This document shows, in pieces, positions 8,442 to 17,144 of a stretch of DNA of 64,000 bases. Location: contig DASTLR010000014.1 of the NCBI GenBank assembly GCA_035714745.1, forward strand, positions 30,861 to 94,860. Reading direction: 5' to 3'. The translations under genes were made by a program, and so were the position numbers. How positions within the stretch are numbered: position 1 is the stretch's first letter; every line of letters starts with the position of its first letter. A model generated the notes under the pieces. The model did no database searches, was not told the origin of the DNA, and saw only the letters and a list, made by a program, of their open reading frames with translations. Source of the stretch: Minisyncoccota bacterium (lineage in GTDB: Bacteria > Patescibacteriota > Minisyncoccia > Phycocordibacterales > UBA6065).

Positions 8442-10409
8442 TTATGCCAGGGCGTAGTCGAGGGTGCGCTTCTCCATGTCGGCGCCCATGACCTTGAAGC
8501 GGACGGTGTCGCCGAGGGCGTACTTCTTGCCGGTGCGCTCGCCGACGACGGCGTAGGACTTCTCGAAGAAGTCGTAATGGTCGTCGCTCATGTCCTTCAG
8601 CTTGACCATGCCCTCGCACTTGGTCTCCTTGTCCTCGACGTAGATGCCCCATTCGGTCACGCCGGTGATGGTGCCGTCAAAGACCTGGCCGACGCGGGTG
8701 GACATGTATTCCACCTGCTTGTATTTGATGGAGGCGCGCTCGGCCTCGGCGGCGCGGATCTCCTTTTCCGAATTGTCGACGGCGATCTTCTCGTATCTGG
8801 ACGTCTCGCCGCGGGCGATCTTGCCCCCGGTCAGGTTCCTGTAGAGCAGGCGATGGACGATAAGGTCGGCGTAGCGGCGGATCGGCGAGGTGAAGTGAGT
8901 GTAGTATTCGAATGCCAGGCCATAGTGGCCGATGTTCTGGGTGGAATAGACGGCCTTGGCCATAGAGCGGATGGCGGCGGTCTTGATGAGCGACTCCTCG
9001 GTGGTGCCCTCGATCTGCTTGAAGAGGTGCTTGAGGTCCTTTACGGCCACGCCCTTCTTGCCGATCGGCAGGTGGTAGCCCAGGGCCTTGACCAGGATGG
9101 CCAGGTTGTCGACCTTCTCCATGAGGGGCGAGTCGTGGATGCGGTAGAGGAAGGCGCCGTCGGATTTCTCGTTGGCCTTCCACATGTGGAGGGCGACCTC
9201 GCGGTTCGAGAGGAGCATGAACTCCTCGACCAGCTTGTGGGCGTCCTTGCGGGTCTTCTTGTAGACGCGGATAGGGCGGCCCTCGGCGTCGAGCTCGAAT
9301 TTGACCTCGTCGGTCTCGAAGTCGATGGCTCCGGCGGCCTCCTTTTTCTCCTTGAGCTTTTTGGCGATCTCGTTCAGCTTGAGGAGCTCCTTGGCGTATT
9401 CAGTCGACTTGCCCTCGAGGACGTCCTGGGCGCCCTCGTAAGTGAAGCGCTTCCAGGAATTGATGATGGTCTTGCCGAACCAGCGCTCGAGCACCTCGCC
9501 CTTGTCGTTCATGACGAAGACCGACGAGAAGGTGAGCTTCTCCTCGCGCGGGTTCAGGGAGCAGAGGTCGTTCGAGAGGATCTCGGGGAGCATAGGGATG
9601 GTGCGGTCGACCAGGTAAATCGACATGCCGCGCTCGCGGGCCTCGCGGTCCAGGGCCGTGCCCTCGCGGACGTAGTGGGAGACGTCGGCGATATGGACGC
9701 CGACCTCATACAGGCCGTTCGGCAGGAACTTCATGGAGATGGCGTCGTCGAAGTCCTTGGCGTCGACCGGATCGATGGTGAAGGTCGGGGTGCTCGAAAA
9801 GTCGCGGCGCTCCGCACTTCTTTTGGCGCGCTCCTCGCCGCTGATAGCCTTTTCTTTTTTGCCGATCTCTTCGGCCTCGCGCACGACCTCGTGAGGGAAG
9901 TCGTAGGCCAGCCCGCGCTCCAGGACGATGGCCCGCATCTCGGCGTTGTGCTCGCCATGGCGGCCGATGACCTCCAGGACGCGGCCGACAGGGTAGCCGA
10001 CCTTTTCGTCCCATTCCGTGATCTCGACGTAGACCTTGTCGCCAGCCTTGCCGCCCAGGGCGTCAGCGGCCTTGACCAGGACGTCCTTGTAGAGGCGCTT
10101 GTCGTCGGGCACCAGGGCGAAGTTCTTGCCGGCGGATTCAAGGACGCCGGTGTAGCGCATCTTGGCGCGCTTCTCGATCCGGACCACCTCGCCGAGGGTG
10201 CGGCCGAAGCGGCTCTTGCCGCCGAGGACGCGCACTTCGACCGTGTCCTTGTGCAGGGCGGTGCGGAGGCTCTCCTGGGGTATCTCCAGGTCTTCTGCTT
10301 CCTTGTTCTGAGGGTCCTCGATGAAGCCGATGCCCTTTGCGTTGACGTTGATGATGCCGGTAAAGACGCGCTCTTTTCCTTTTGCCGAAGGCTTGCCAGA
10401 TGGTTTCAT
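8442..10409 (-). CDS. rnr: ribonuclease R
   Basis: TIDPVDAKDFDDA, HIADVSHYV, YTHFTSPIRRYADL RNB motifs; CSD and S1 domains. Confidence 0.96.
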   Translation of the reverse strand: MKPSGKPSAKGKERVFTGIINVNAKGIGFIEDPQNKEAEDLEIPQESLRTALHKDTVEVRVLGGKSRFGRTLGEVVRIEKRAKMRYTGVLESAGKNFALVPDDKRLYKDVLVKAADALGGKAGDKVYVEITEWDEKVGYPVGRVLEVIGRHGEHNAEMRAIVLERGLAYDFPHEVVREAEEIGKKEKAISGEERAKRSAERRDFSSTPTFTIDPVDAKDFDDAISMKFLPNGLYEVGVHIADVSHYVREGTALDREARERGMSIYLVDRTIPMLPEILSNDLCSLNPREEKLTFSSVFVMNDKGEVLERWFGKTIINSWKRFTYEGAQDVLEGKSTEYAKELLKLNEIAKKLKEKKEAAGAIDFETDEVKFELDAEGRPIRVYKKTRKDAHKLVEEFMLLSNREVALHMWKANEKSDGAFLYRIHDSPLMEKVDNLAILVKALGYHLPIGKKGVAVKDLKHLFKQIEGTTEESLIKTAAIRSMAKAVYSTQNIGHYGLAFEYYTHFTSPIRRYADLIVHRLLYRNLTGGKIARGETSRYEKIAVDNSEKEIRAAEAERASIKYKQVEYMSTRVGQVFDGTITGVTEWGIYVEDKETKCEGMVKLKDMSDDHYDFFEKSYAVVGERTGKKYALGDTVRFKVMGADMEKRTLDYALA

Positions 10410-10444
10410 AATGATGTGCCTTACTATAGCAGAAAGCGCAGAAA

Positions 10445-10473
10445 TTGACATTTTCCGGCCTTTTGGCTAGTAT
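10445..10473 (+). promoter_or_regulatory. sigma70-type promoter of rpsP
   Basis: TTGACA-N17-TAGTAT, 8 nt before the ATG. Confidence 0.7.
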
Positions 10474-10481
10474 AACGACCT

Positions 10482-10850
10482 ATGTTAAAGATTCGACTTC
10501 AGCGCGTCGGCCGAGTGAATGTTCCGACGTTCCGCGTAGTACTGACCGATTCAAAGAACTCGACCAAATCGGGCCGCTTTCTGGAGGTCCTCGGCACCTA
10601 TGACGCCGTCCATAACGTCAAGGAGATCAAGGCCGACCGCGTAAAGCACTGGATGTCCCACGGAGCGAAGCTCTCGGACACCGTCCACAACTGGCTCATC
10701 GACAAGAAGGTCATCCCTGGCAAGAAGGTCAACGCCCTGCCAAAGAAGAAGCCTATCGTCGATGCCAAGGCGGCCGAGGCAGCAAAAGCGGCAGCAGCGG
10801 CCCCAACCGAGGCTCCAGCAGCCCCTGCGGCAGAGGCTCCAAAGGCCTAA
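10482..10850 (+). CDS. rpsP: 30S ribosomal protein S16 with Ala/Pro-rich tail
   Basis: MLKIRLQRVGR...FRVV..DS...GRFLEVLGTYD. Confidence 0.97.
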   Translation: MLKIRLQRVGRVNVPTFRVVLTDSKNSTKSGRFLEVLGTYDAVHNVKEIKADRVKHWMSHGAKLSDTVHNWLIDKKVIPGKKVNALPKKKPIVDAKAAEAAKAAAAAPTEAPAAPAAEAPKA

Positions 10851-10975
10851 TCGCGGCCCAGAGCGCCGAAAAAAGCCGGAAAACTTGCCCACAGGGGCGG
10901 TTTTCTTTTCTTGACAGGGTGGTACTATATACGGTGAGAGCTTTTTGCTCGTTTATTTTCAGTAACACAATACAC

Positions 10976-11290
10976 ATGATAGAAGCTGACGCGAAATTCC
11001 TCGACTTCCTGGTAAAATCGCTGGTCGAGAATCCGAACGACGTAAAGATCAATCGAACGGTGGACGAGATGGGCGTTCTCCTCACCCTCGATGTCAATCC
11101 AGCCGACATGGGCAAGATCATCGGCCGCGAGGGCAATACCGCCAAGGCCATCCGAACCCTCCTTCGCATCGTCGGCATGAAGAATAACTCGCGAGTCAAT
11201 CTCAAGATCTCCGAGCCGGCCGGCGCTCCAGCCGTCGCCGCCAAGGCCTCGAAGACCGTAGACGAGGCGATGGCGGACCTGAATCTCTAG
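10976..11290 (+). CDS. khpA: KH-domain RNA-binding protein (KhpA/YlqC)
   Basis: DMGKIIGREGNTAKAIRTLL GxxG motif; rpsP-trmD context. Confidence 0.92.
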   Translation: MIEADAKFLDFLVKSLVENPNDVKINRTVDEMGVLLTLDVNPADMGKIIGREGNTAKAIRTLLRIVGMKNNSRVNLKISEPAGAPAVAAKASKTVDEAMADLNL

Positions 11291-11388
11291 GGGACGAAGA
11301 AAAGGAGGTCTTAAGACTAAGAACATAAAGTCATAAGACTAGGAAGAGCCGCCTGAAGGGGCGGTTTTGTTTTTGATATACTTTCTTT

Positions 11389-11676
11389 ATGAAACTTATC
11401 ACTCTTAATACCTGGGGCGGCAGAATAAAGCAAGGTTTCTCTGATTTCTTCAAGCGCTATCCGGGAATAGACGCCTGGCTCTTCCAAGAAGTCTATAATT
11501 TGAAAAAAGAGGAGGAATGGGTAAAGGTCGGCGGCAATCTTATGCCCGATTTTCAATTGAATGATACGATCGCTTACGTCTTCGTCTCGCCTGGCATCAA
11601 AGTGAAGGAATTCAAGGTCTTGCCGGACGTGGTGTCCGACCACGCTCCACTTTTTCTGGACTTTGAGGTAGTGTAG
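11389..11676 (+). pseudogene. internally deleted endonuclease/exonuclease/phosphatase (EEP) family gene
   Basis: N-terminal LITLNTW and LFQEV plus C-terminal YVFVS and SDHAPL motifs within only 95 aa; central GDFN region absent. Confidence 0.7.
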
Positions 11677-11680
11677 GCCT

Positions 11681-12340
11681 ATGACCTTCCACGTCGTCAC
11701 GCTATTCCCGGGCGCCTTTGATTCATATCTGGGGGAGTCGATATTGAAGCGCGCCATCGAGGACAAGAAGATCCGGGTGAAGTTCTACAACCCGCGCGAT
11801 TTCGCTACGGACAAATGGGCCCGCGTCGACCAGAAGCCGTACGGCGGCGGACCGGGCATGGTCATTCAGGCCCTGCCGGTAGCTAAAGCCATCGAGAAAG
11901 CATTGAAAGGCCTGAAAGCTGGAAGCCGAAAGCCGAAAGCCTTGGTAAAGATCGTCTTCTTTAGCCCGGCAGGCACGCAGTTCGATACCGCCTATGCCAA
12001 AGCCGCCGCCAAAAAGTACGACCATATCATCTTTGTCTGCGGCCGCTACGAGGGCATCGACGCCCGCGTAAAGAAGATGTTCAGGATGGAAGACGTCTCC
12101 GTGGGCCCGTACGTCCTGACGGGCGGCGAGCTGCCGGCTATGGTCATGATGGATTCGATCTCGCGCCAGGTAGAGGGCGTGCTCGGCAATTTCGATTCCC
12201 GCGAAGAGGAGCGCATCGCCAGCCCTGATTCCTATACTCGTCCCGAAGTCGTCGAGTACAAGAAGAAGAAATACCGCGTGCCAAAGGTCCTTCTCTCGGG
12301 CAATCATAGATTGATAGACGAATGGCGATCAAACAGATAG
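11681..12340 (+). CDS. trmD: tRNA (guanine37-N1)-methyltransferase
   Basis: PYGGGPGMV, CGRYEGIDAR, YVLTGGELPA, YTRP, VPKVLLSGNH. Confidence 0.98.
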   Translation: MTFHVVTLFPGAFDSYLGESILKRAIEDKKIRVKFYNPRDFATDKWARVDQKPYGGGPGMVIQALPVAKAIEKALKGLKAGSRKPKALVKIVFFSPAGTQFDTAYAKAAAKKYDHIIFVCGRYEGIDARVKKMFRMEDVSVGPYVLTGGELPAMVMMDSISRQVEGVLGNFDSREEERIASPDSYTRPEVVEYKKKKYRVPKVLLSGNHRLIDEWRSNR

Positions 12341-13329
12341 CGGCGGGGGCGTGCGTCGTTCTGGGGGCCCTGGCGGTCCTGGGCGTGGCCCTTCGCCTCG
12401 AGCCTGGCTTGGGAATCGTCGACCATCCCGCGACCATCGTGGCGATGGGGGATATCATGCTCGACCGCACCGTGAGGACGGTCATAGACAGGCAGGGCTT
12501 CGGCTACGTCTTTGACGGCATACGCGAGATCTTTTCCGGGGCCCAGGCCGTCGTCGGCAATCTGGAGGGCGGCTTTACAGATACGCCGTCGATATCGGTC
12601 GTCGACCACACGATTCTCCATTTCACCTTTGACCCGCGCCTGGCTCCCGAGCTCCGGGCGCTGGGATTCGATACTGTCTCGCTCGCCAATAACCATGCGT
12701 ACGACTTTGGGGCCAGCGGCTTTGCTTCCACGCGGCGCTATCTGGGCCAGGCGGGCATCGCTTCGTTCGGCTCGCCTTCGAACGACGAGAACCTCTCTAT
12801 CATCCGCGACGTCGAAGGCCTGAACGTGGCCTTTGTCGGCTATCACGAATTCTACAGCCCCAGCGTGAAGCCCATCGTCGAGCGTATCGCCTCGCTGCGA
12901 GGGTTAGCAGATTTTATCATCGTCTATCCGCACTGGGGCGTGGAATACGAGAAAGGCTTCACGCCTGGGCAGCAGGAGAGAGCCCATGCCTTTATCGACG
13001 CCGGAGCCGACGCGGTCATCGGCGCCCACCCCCACGTCATCGAGCCGATCGAGATCTATCGGGGTAAGCCCATCTTCTACTCGCTCGGCAATTTCATATT
13101 TGATCAGGATTTCTCCCTCGCCACGCGCCAGGGCCTGACGCTCCGCCTGGTCGTCGGGGCCAGGGACGTCGAGTATCGCCTGGTGCCGGTGACTATGCTC
13201 CATTCGAAGCTGTCGATGCCGCCTATGCCAGAAAGGGAGGCGGTCCTGGAAATGTTAGCGAATAATTCTCTACTCTCCGGTTCGCTTAAAGATTCGATAA
13301 GGCAAGGGAAGTTCAGTCTGCCGAGATAA
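12322..13329 (+). CDS. CapA-family (PGA_cap) metallophosphatase-fold protein with N-terminal anchor
   Basis: GDIML, GNLEG, LANNHAYDFG, HWGVEY, GAHPHV, YSLGNFIFDQ. Confidence 0.92.
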   Translation: MAIKQIAAGACVVLGALAVLGVALRLEPGLGIVDHPATIVAMGDIMLDRTVRTVIDRQGFGYVFDGIREIFSGAQAVVGNLEGGFTDTPSISVVDHTILHFTFDPRLAPELRALGFDTVSLANNHAYDFGASGFASTRRYLGQAGIASFGSPSNDENLSIIRDVEGLNVAFVGYHEFYSPSVKPIVERIASLRGLADFIIVYPHWGVEYEKGFTPGQQERAHAFIDAGADAVIGAHPHVIEPIEIYRGKPIFYSLGNFIFDQDFSLATRQGLTLRLVVGARDVEYRLVPVTMLHSKLSMPPMPEREAVLEMLANNSLLSGSLKDSIRQGKFSLPR

Positions 13330-13358
13330 AAAAGCCCGATCATGGATCGGGCTCGAGT

Positions 13359-14300
13359 TTACCCGCATGTGTCTGGCATGGTCAGGTAATAAGAGACATA
13401 CTTCCGCGCCGAGGCCAAGCTGGAGTCCTTGCGGCTGCCGTATCTGAGCGGATCCCAGCTGAAATAGCGCTCTTCGAACCAATCGATTGCGAACCTGGCC
13501 GCCAGCTCAAGCGTGATCAGCTTTGTCGCAGACAGGATATCGTCTTCGGTAAAACTCGCTCCCGCCGCCGCGCAGTAGCCTTGGCAGATGCGATGGAACC
13601 TGCGCATATTGAAGCCAGAGCCATCATTGCAGAAGCTGCGGACCATATCGGCTAGGTCGACAAGGGGATTGCCGACCATGAGCGTGTCCCAATCGATGAG
13701 CCAAACCAGGCAGGAATCGCTGTCTGAAATGCCGAAGAGGAAATTCTTCCATTTCGGGTCTCCGTGTATGAGCTGGCCTTCAGCCTGGCAGAGGCGCGCG
13801 GACGCTCGTCCTCGGAGTATATTCTCCGCGAGCCGATTGATATCGACGGCATAGGATGATGCCGCCAGCTGTTCGAGCTTTCCGAATATCGCGGCAGAGT
13901 CGTGAAAGCCGGGTATGGTCGCCGAAGGCTTCAAGGGACAAAGCCTGAGAGAGCTATGGGTCCTGCCGAGGTGCTTTGCGGCGACGATCGAATTGAAGTC
14001 GTTCGCAACGTCCATTTCTATATGGTCTATAAACTCCATGACCCTCCATCCATGACCCTGGCTCTCCCAACAGTCGAATAGCCGGGGTATCTTGACGCCG
14101 CTTTTCCTTAGATGGTCTTCCAGCCGCAGGTAATCCCCATCGGTTATCCCGCCAAGACCGGGAGCCACCTTTTGTAGGAGATACCGTCCCTTTTCCGTCT
14201 CGATCTCATATGTCTGATTTACTATCCCTCCTGAAAGCGGGGCGACCTTACTCGCGCGCCCCACAGCCCTTTCGCAGAGCATGTCGATTATTTCTTTCAT
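13359..14300 (-). CDS. APH/choline-kinase-fold phosphotransferase (N-acetylhexosamine kinase-like)
   Basis: GGIVNQTY, HGDPKWKNFLF, LIDWDT motifs. Confidence 0.8.
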   Translation of the reverse strand: MKEIIDMLCERAVGRASKVAPLSGGIVNQTYEIETEKGRYLLQKVAPGLGGITDGDYLRLEDHLRKSGVKIPRLFDCWESQGHGWRVMEFIDHIEMDVANDFNSIVAAKHLGRTHSSLRLCPLKPSATIPGFHDSAAIFGKLEQLAASSYAVDINRLAENILRGRASARLCQAEGQLIHGDPKWKNFLFGISDSDSCLVWLIDWDTLMVGNPLVDLADMVRSFCNDGSGFNMRRFHRICQGYCAAAGASFTEDDILSATKLITLELAARFAIDWFEERYFSWDPLRYGSRKDSSLASARKYVSYYLTMPDTCG

Positions 14301-14398
14301 AGTGCTTCTGGTCCCTAGAATCGATCATGAGGCGGTTTAGTTTCAGCTGTCACCTTTCTTTGCGTTGCCGCATTGTAATAGCTCGACAAGCTTATATA

Positions 14399-14983
14399 AT
14401 GGCCTCAATGAATCCCCACGCTCACAAGGCCGAATTCAGAGAGAAGCGGGACGAAGACGTCCTGGCGGCTTCTTTCAAGTATCCCTATCTCTTCGAGCTC
14501 TTGGTAGAGCGCTACGAGGATGCCTTTCTGCGCAAGGCCCGCTCGATAGTCAGGAACGACGAAGCTGCGCGCGATATCGTCCAGGATACGTTCGTAAAGA
14601 TCTATCTCTATGGCCGAAGCTTCCGCCCGGTCGAAGGCGCCCGCTTTTCGTCGTGGGCCTATCGCGTGCTCATGAACGTCTGCTTCCAGTGGTACAAGAA
14701 GCTCAAGCGGGAGCGCGAGTTCTTTTCGGCCCTGGACGATGACCTCGAGGCCGTGCTGCCCACGGACGACGGCGGCGAAAGGGACCAGCGCCTGGACCGC
14801 GACTATCTGGAATCGATGTTCTCGCGCCTGCCCGAAACCTTTGCCCGCATCCTGCGGTTGTATGTCAGCGAAGGCAAGGATTACAAGGAGATAGCGCGGA
14901 TCGAGGGAGTGACCGAGGGCGCCATAAAGACCAGGATGCACCGGGCCCGCGCCGAGCTCAAAGAGATGTCGAAAGATTATTAG
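14399..14983 (+). CDS. ECF-family RNA polymerase sigma factor
   Basis: ARDIVQDTFVKIY, FSSWAYRV region 2; YKEIA...EGAIKTRMHRAR region 4. Confidence 0.92.
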   Translation: MASMNPHAHKAEFREKRDEDVLAASFKYPYLFELLVERYEDAFLRKARSIVRNDEAARDIVQDTFVKIYLYGRSFRPVEGARFSSWAYRVLMNVCFQWYKKLKREREFFSALDDDLEAVLPTDDGGERDQRLDRDYLESMFSRLPETFARILRLYVSEGKDYKEIARIEGVTEGAIKTRMHRARAELKEMSKDY

Positions 14984-15004
14984 CCTGATAGCTTCTATAC
15001 GTAT

Positions 15005-15316
15005 ATGACACTGATCATGGATAGGGTGATGGCGAAAGTGAGGACGATCTTCCTGCTCCGAAGGCTGGCGGTTCCTGCAATCTTCCTCGTCGTGGCCTGC
15101 GCCGTGGTGGGCAGCACCGTATCGGTCTCCAACGTCATCGCCAATATGCCGAGCCTCGTCGATATCCCGGCCATAGCGGGCTTCTACGCTCGGGCTTTCG
15201 CGCACGCGGATGTCGTGGTCAAAAGTGCGCTGGTTGCGGGAACGCTTTTCTTGCTCTTGACCCTCAAGGGCGTCGTCGACAGCGTCAGGCTCTCGACGGC
15301 TCTGCAGAAGGCCTAG
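15005..15316 (+). CDS. small membrane protein, possible anti-sigma partner
   Basis: Two hydrophobic segments; directly follows the ECF gene. Confidence 0.6.
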   Translation: MTLIMDRVMAKVRTIFLLRRLAVPAIFLVVACAVVGSTVSVSNVIANMPSLVDIPAIAGFYARAFAHADVVVKSALVAGTLFLLLTLKGVVDSVRLSTALQKA

Positions 15317-15328
15317 GCGTTCAGGCGC

Positions 15329-15667
15329 TTAGGCCGCGCCCATTTCCAGGCCCGATATACGATCCTCGTGGTCATCGACCCGCGAGATCGTCGGTCCGAG
15401 GATATCCTCTATGCCCGAAAGCCTGTCTTCGACCCTGTCTAGGCGATTCTCGACGCTCGTCAGGCGCCCCTTGACGTCGCCCATATCAGATTTCAGCTCG
15501 TACAGCGAAAGCTCTGTCGCCTGTTTGAATTCGAGGAACTCTTTTCGCTCAAAGATCGTGTCGATCCGTTCGATGACGTCGTCAAAGCCGCGCTTGACCA
15601 TAGCGGCAAAGCTGCCAAGCTCGGCTGAGAGGTATTCTTTTGTGACGAATTCTTGCATGTCTTGCAT
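15329..15667 (-). CDS. short coiled-coil protein
   Basis: Heptad repeats VKGRLTS-VENRLDR-VEDRLSG. Confidence 0.7.
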   Translation of the reverse strand: MQDMQEFVTKEYLSAELGSFAAMVKRGFDDVIERIDTIFERKEFLEFKQATELSLYELKSDMGDVKGRLTSVENRLDRVEDRLSGIEDILGPTISRVDDHEDRISGLEMGAA

Positions 15668-15763
15668 GGTCGATAGGAATTATACTCCCGATAAAAAGAA
15701 AGGGAGCTTGCGCAAGCATATAAAACGGGCGATAAAATTTTCATAAAGAAAATTCAACAACTT

Positions 15764-16396
15764 TTATCGCTTTCTGGGAATCCTGTTCTTCTTCGCGTCG
15801 GCGACCTTCCATAATATCTTGGCGGCGTAGGTCCGGTAGGGCGACCAGGCGGCGAGCACCGTATCGATCTTTTTCTGGCTCGGCAGCTTCTTCCAGCCAT
15901 AGAGGCTCATGATCTCTTTTTTCAGGACTAGATCGCCCATGGAGAACACGTCTGTGCGGCCCAAGGAGAACATCAGGATCATCTCGGCAGTCCAGGGGCC
16001 GATGCCCTTGACCCTGGTCAGCTCGATGATGACGTCGACGTCGGGCAGGGAGGGGAGCCGGGCCAGGTCGAGCTCGCCCGAGAGGACTTTGCTCGCGAGG
16101 TCGCGAATGGCGCGCGTCTTGGCTCCCGAAAGTCCGCATGAGCGCAGATCAGCGTCGGCAAGCTTCGAAATATGCTCTGGCACGACCTTGCTGTCGGGAA
16201 AAAGCGCCGCAAAGCGCTCGAATATCGTGTCCGCAGCCTTGCCCGAGAGCTGTTGGCCGATGATGGTCCAGACTATGTCGCGGAACATGTCTCCTGCGGC
16301 TACGATATCGGGAATGACGATGCCCTCCGCCAGGGTATGCAGCTTCGGGTCGTTCTTTTTGAAGTGGGCGAGGGCTTTCTGGTACACAGTGTACAT
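15764..16396 (-). CDS. alkA: DNA-3-methyladenine glycosylase II (AlkA/HhH-GPD family)
   Basis: IIGQQLSGKAA, HhH LTRVKGIGPWTAEM, GDL, WSPYRT. Confidence 0.9.
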   Translation of the reverse strand: MYTVYQKALAHFKKNDPKLHTLAEGIVIPDIVAAGDMFRDIVWTIIGQQLSGKAADTIFERFAALFPDSKVVPEHISKLADADLRSCGLSGAKTRAIRDLASKVLSGELDLARLPSLPDVDVIIELTRVKGIGPWTAEMILMFSLGRTDVFSMGDLVLKKEIMSLYGWKKLPSQKKIDTVLAAWSPYRTYAAKILWKVADAKKNRIPRKR

Positions 16397-16507
16397 AATA
16401 GGCGTTTATTTGAATTTGAGAAGAATGAGCAGAAAAGATTCGAAAATATTGACAAATAAATTTGATATGTTTTACTGCACTCGGATACGTAAAAAATTGG
16501 AGGTAAC

Positions 16508-16828
16508 ATGAAGGTCATCGAAAGGGGCTTTAAACCCGTTAAATCTATTCGCCAGACCTGGTCTCGGCGCGTCACCTGCACCGGTTCTGGAAGCCAGCTG
16601 AAAGGATGCGGCGCGAAGCTGCAGGTCACTTATTCTGATCTCTACAAGACGCAGAACTGCGCCTGCGGCGAAGTGGAAGAGTTCACCACGTTCTGCTGCC
16701 CGATCTGTGGCACGGAAACTGACATCAAAGGTGTGCATCCTGGTTCTCGCGAGCTTGGAGGTAAACGGCCTTCTGAAGGAGAACGTCGCGCGCTCGCCCA
16801 GAAATGGAATAAGTCGCTGCTTCAGTAG
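16508..16828 (+). CDS. small Cys-rich putative zinc-ribbon protein
   Basis: GGAGG SD; CTG...GCGA and CPICG motifs; terminator downstream. Confidence 0.7.
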   Translation: MKVIERGFKPVKSIRQTWSRRVTCTGSGSQLKGCGAKLQVTYSDLYKTQNCACGEVEEFTTFCCPICGTETDIKGVHPGSRELGGKRPSEGERRALAQKWNKSLLQ

Positions 16829-16883
16829 TAAATCAGCAACTGCTTCACCGCCTCGATTGTAGTTAAGCGATCGAGGCTTTTTC

Positions 16884-17144
16884 TTGACTTATCCCCATAT
16901 CCGAGTACACTTATCTCCACTTCGAGCAAGATTGTGTTATTGGGGAAACACGAAGTAAATTAAGGGGATTTTCATCCTTCTCTTGCCAAAGATCTCGTAA
17001 CAGCGGCCAAAACCCGAAAGCCTCTCCGTCCATGGAGGCCTTTTTGCGTTTTAGGCGTCTGTATGCGGTTTTTGTCAAATTAGGCGGAAAAGCCCCTCGC
17101 CGCGGCGGTCTTTTAATAACGTCGGTCTTATAAACCTACTGAAC
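16884..17144 (+). promoter_or_regulatory. rpoB promoter and long structured 5' leader
   Basis: TTGACT-N16-TACACT at 16884-16911, then about 230 nt with nested inverted repeats. Confidence 0.55.
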
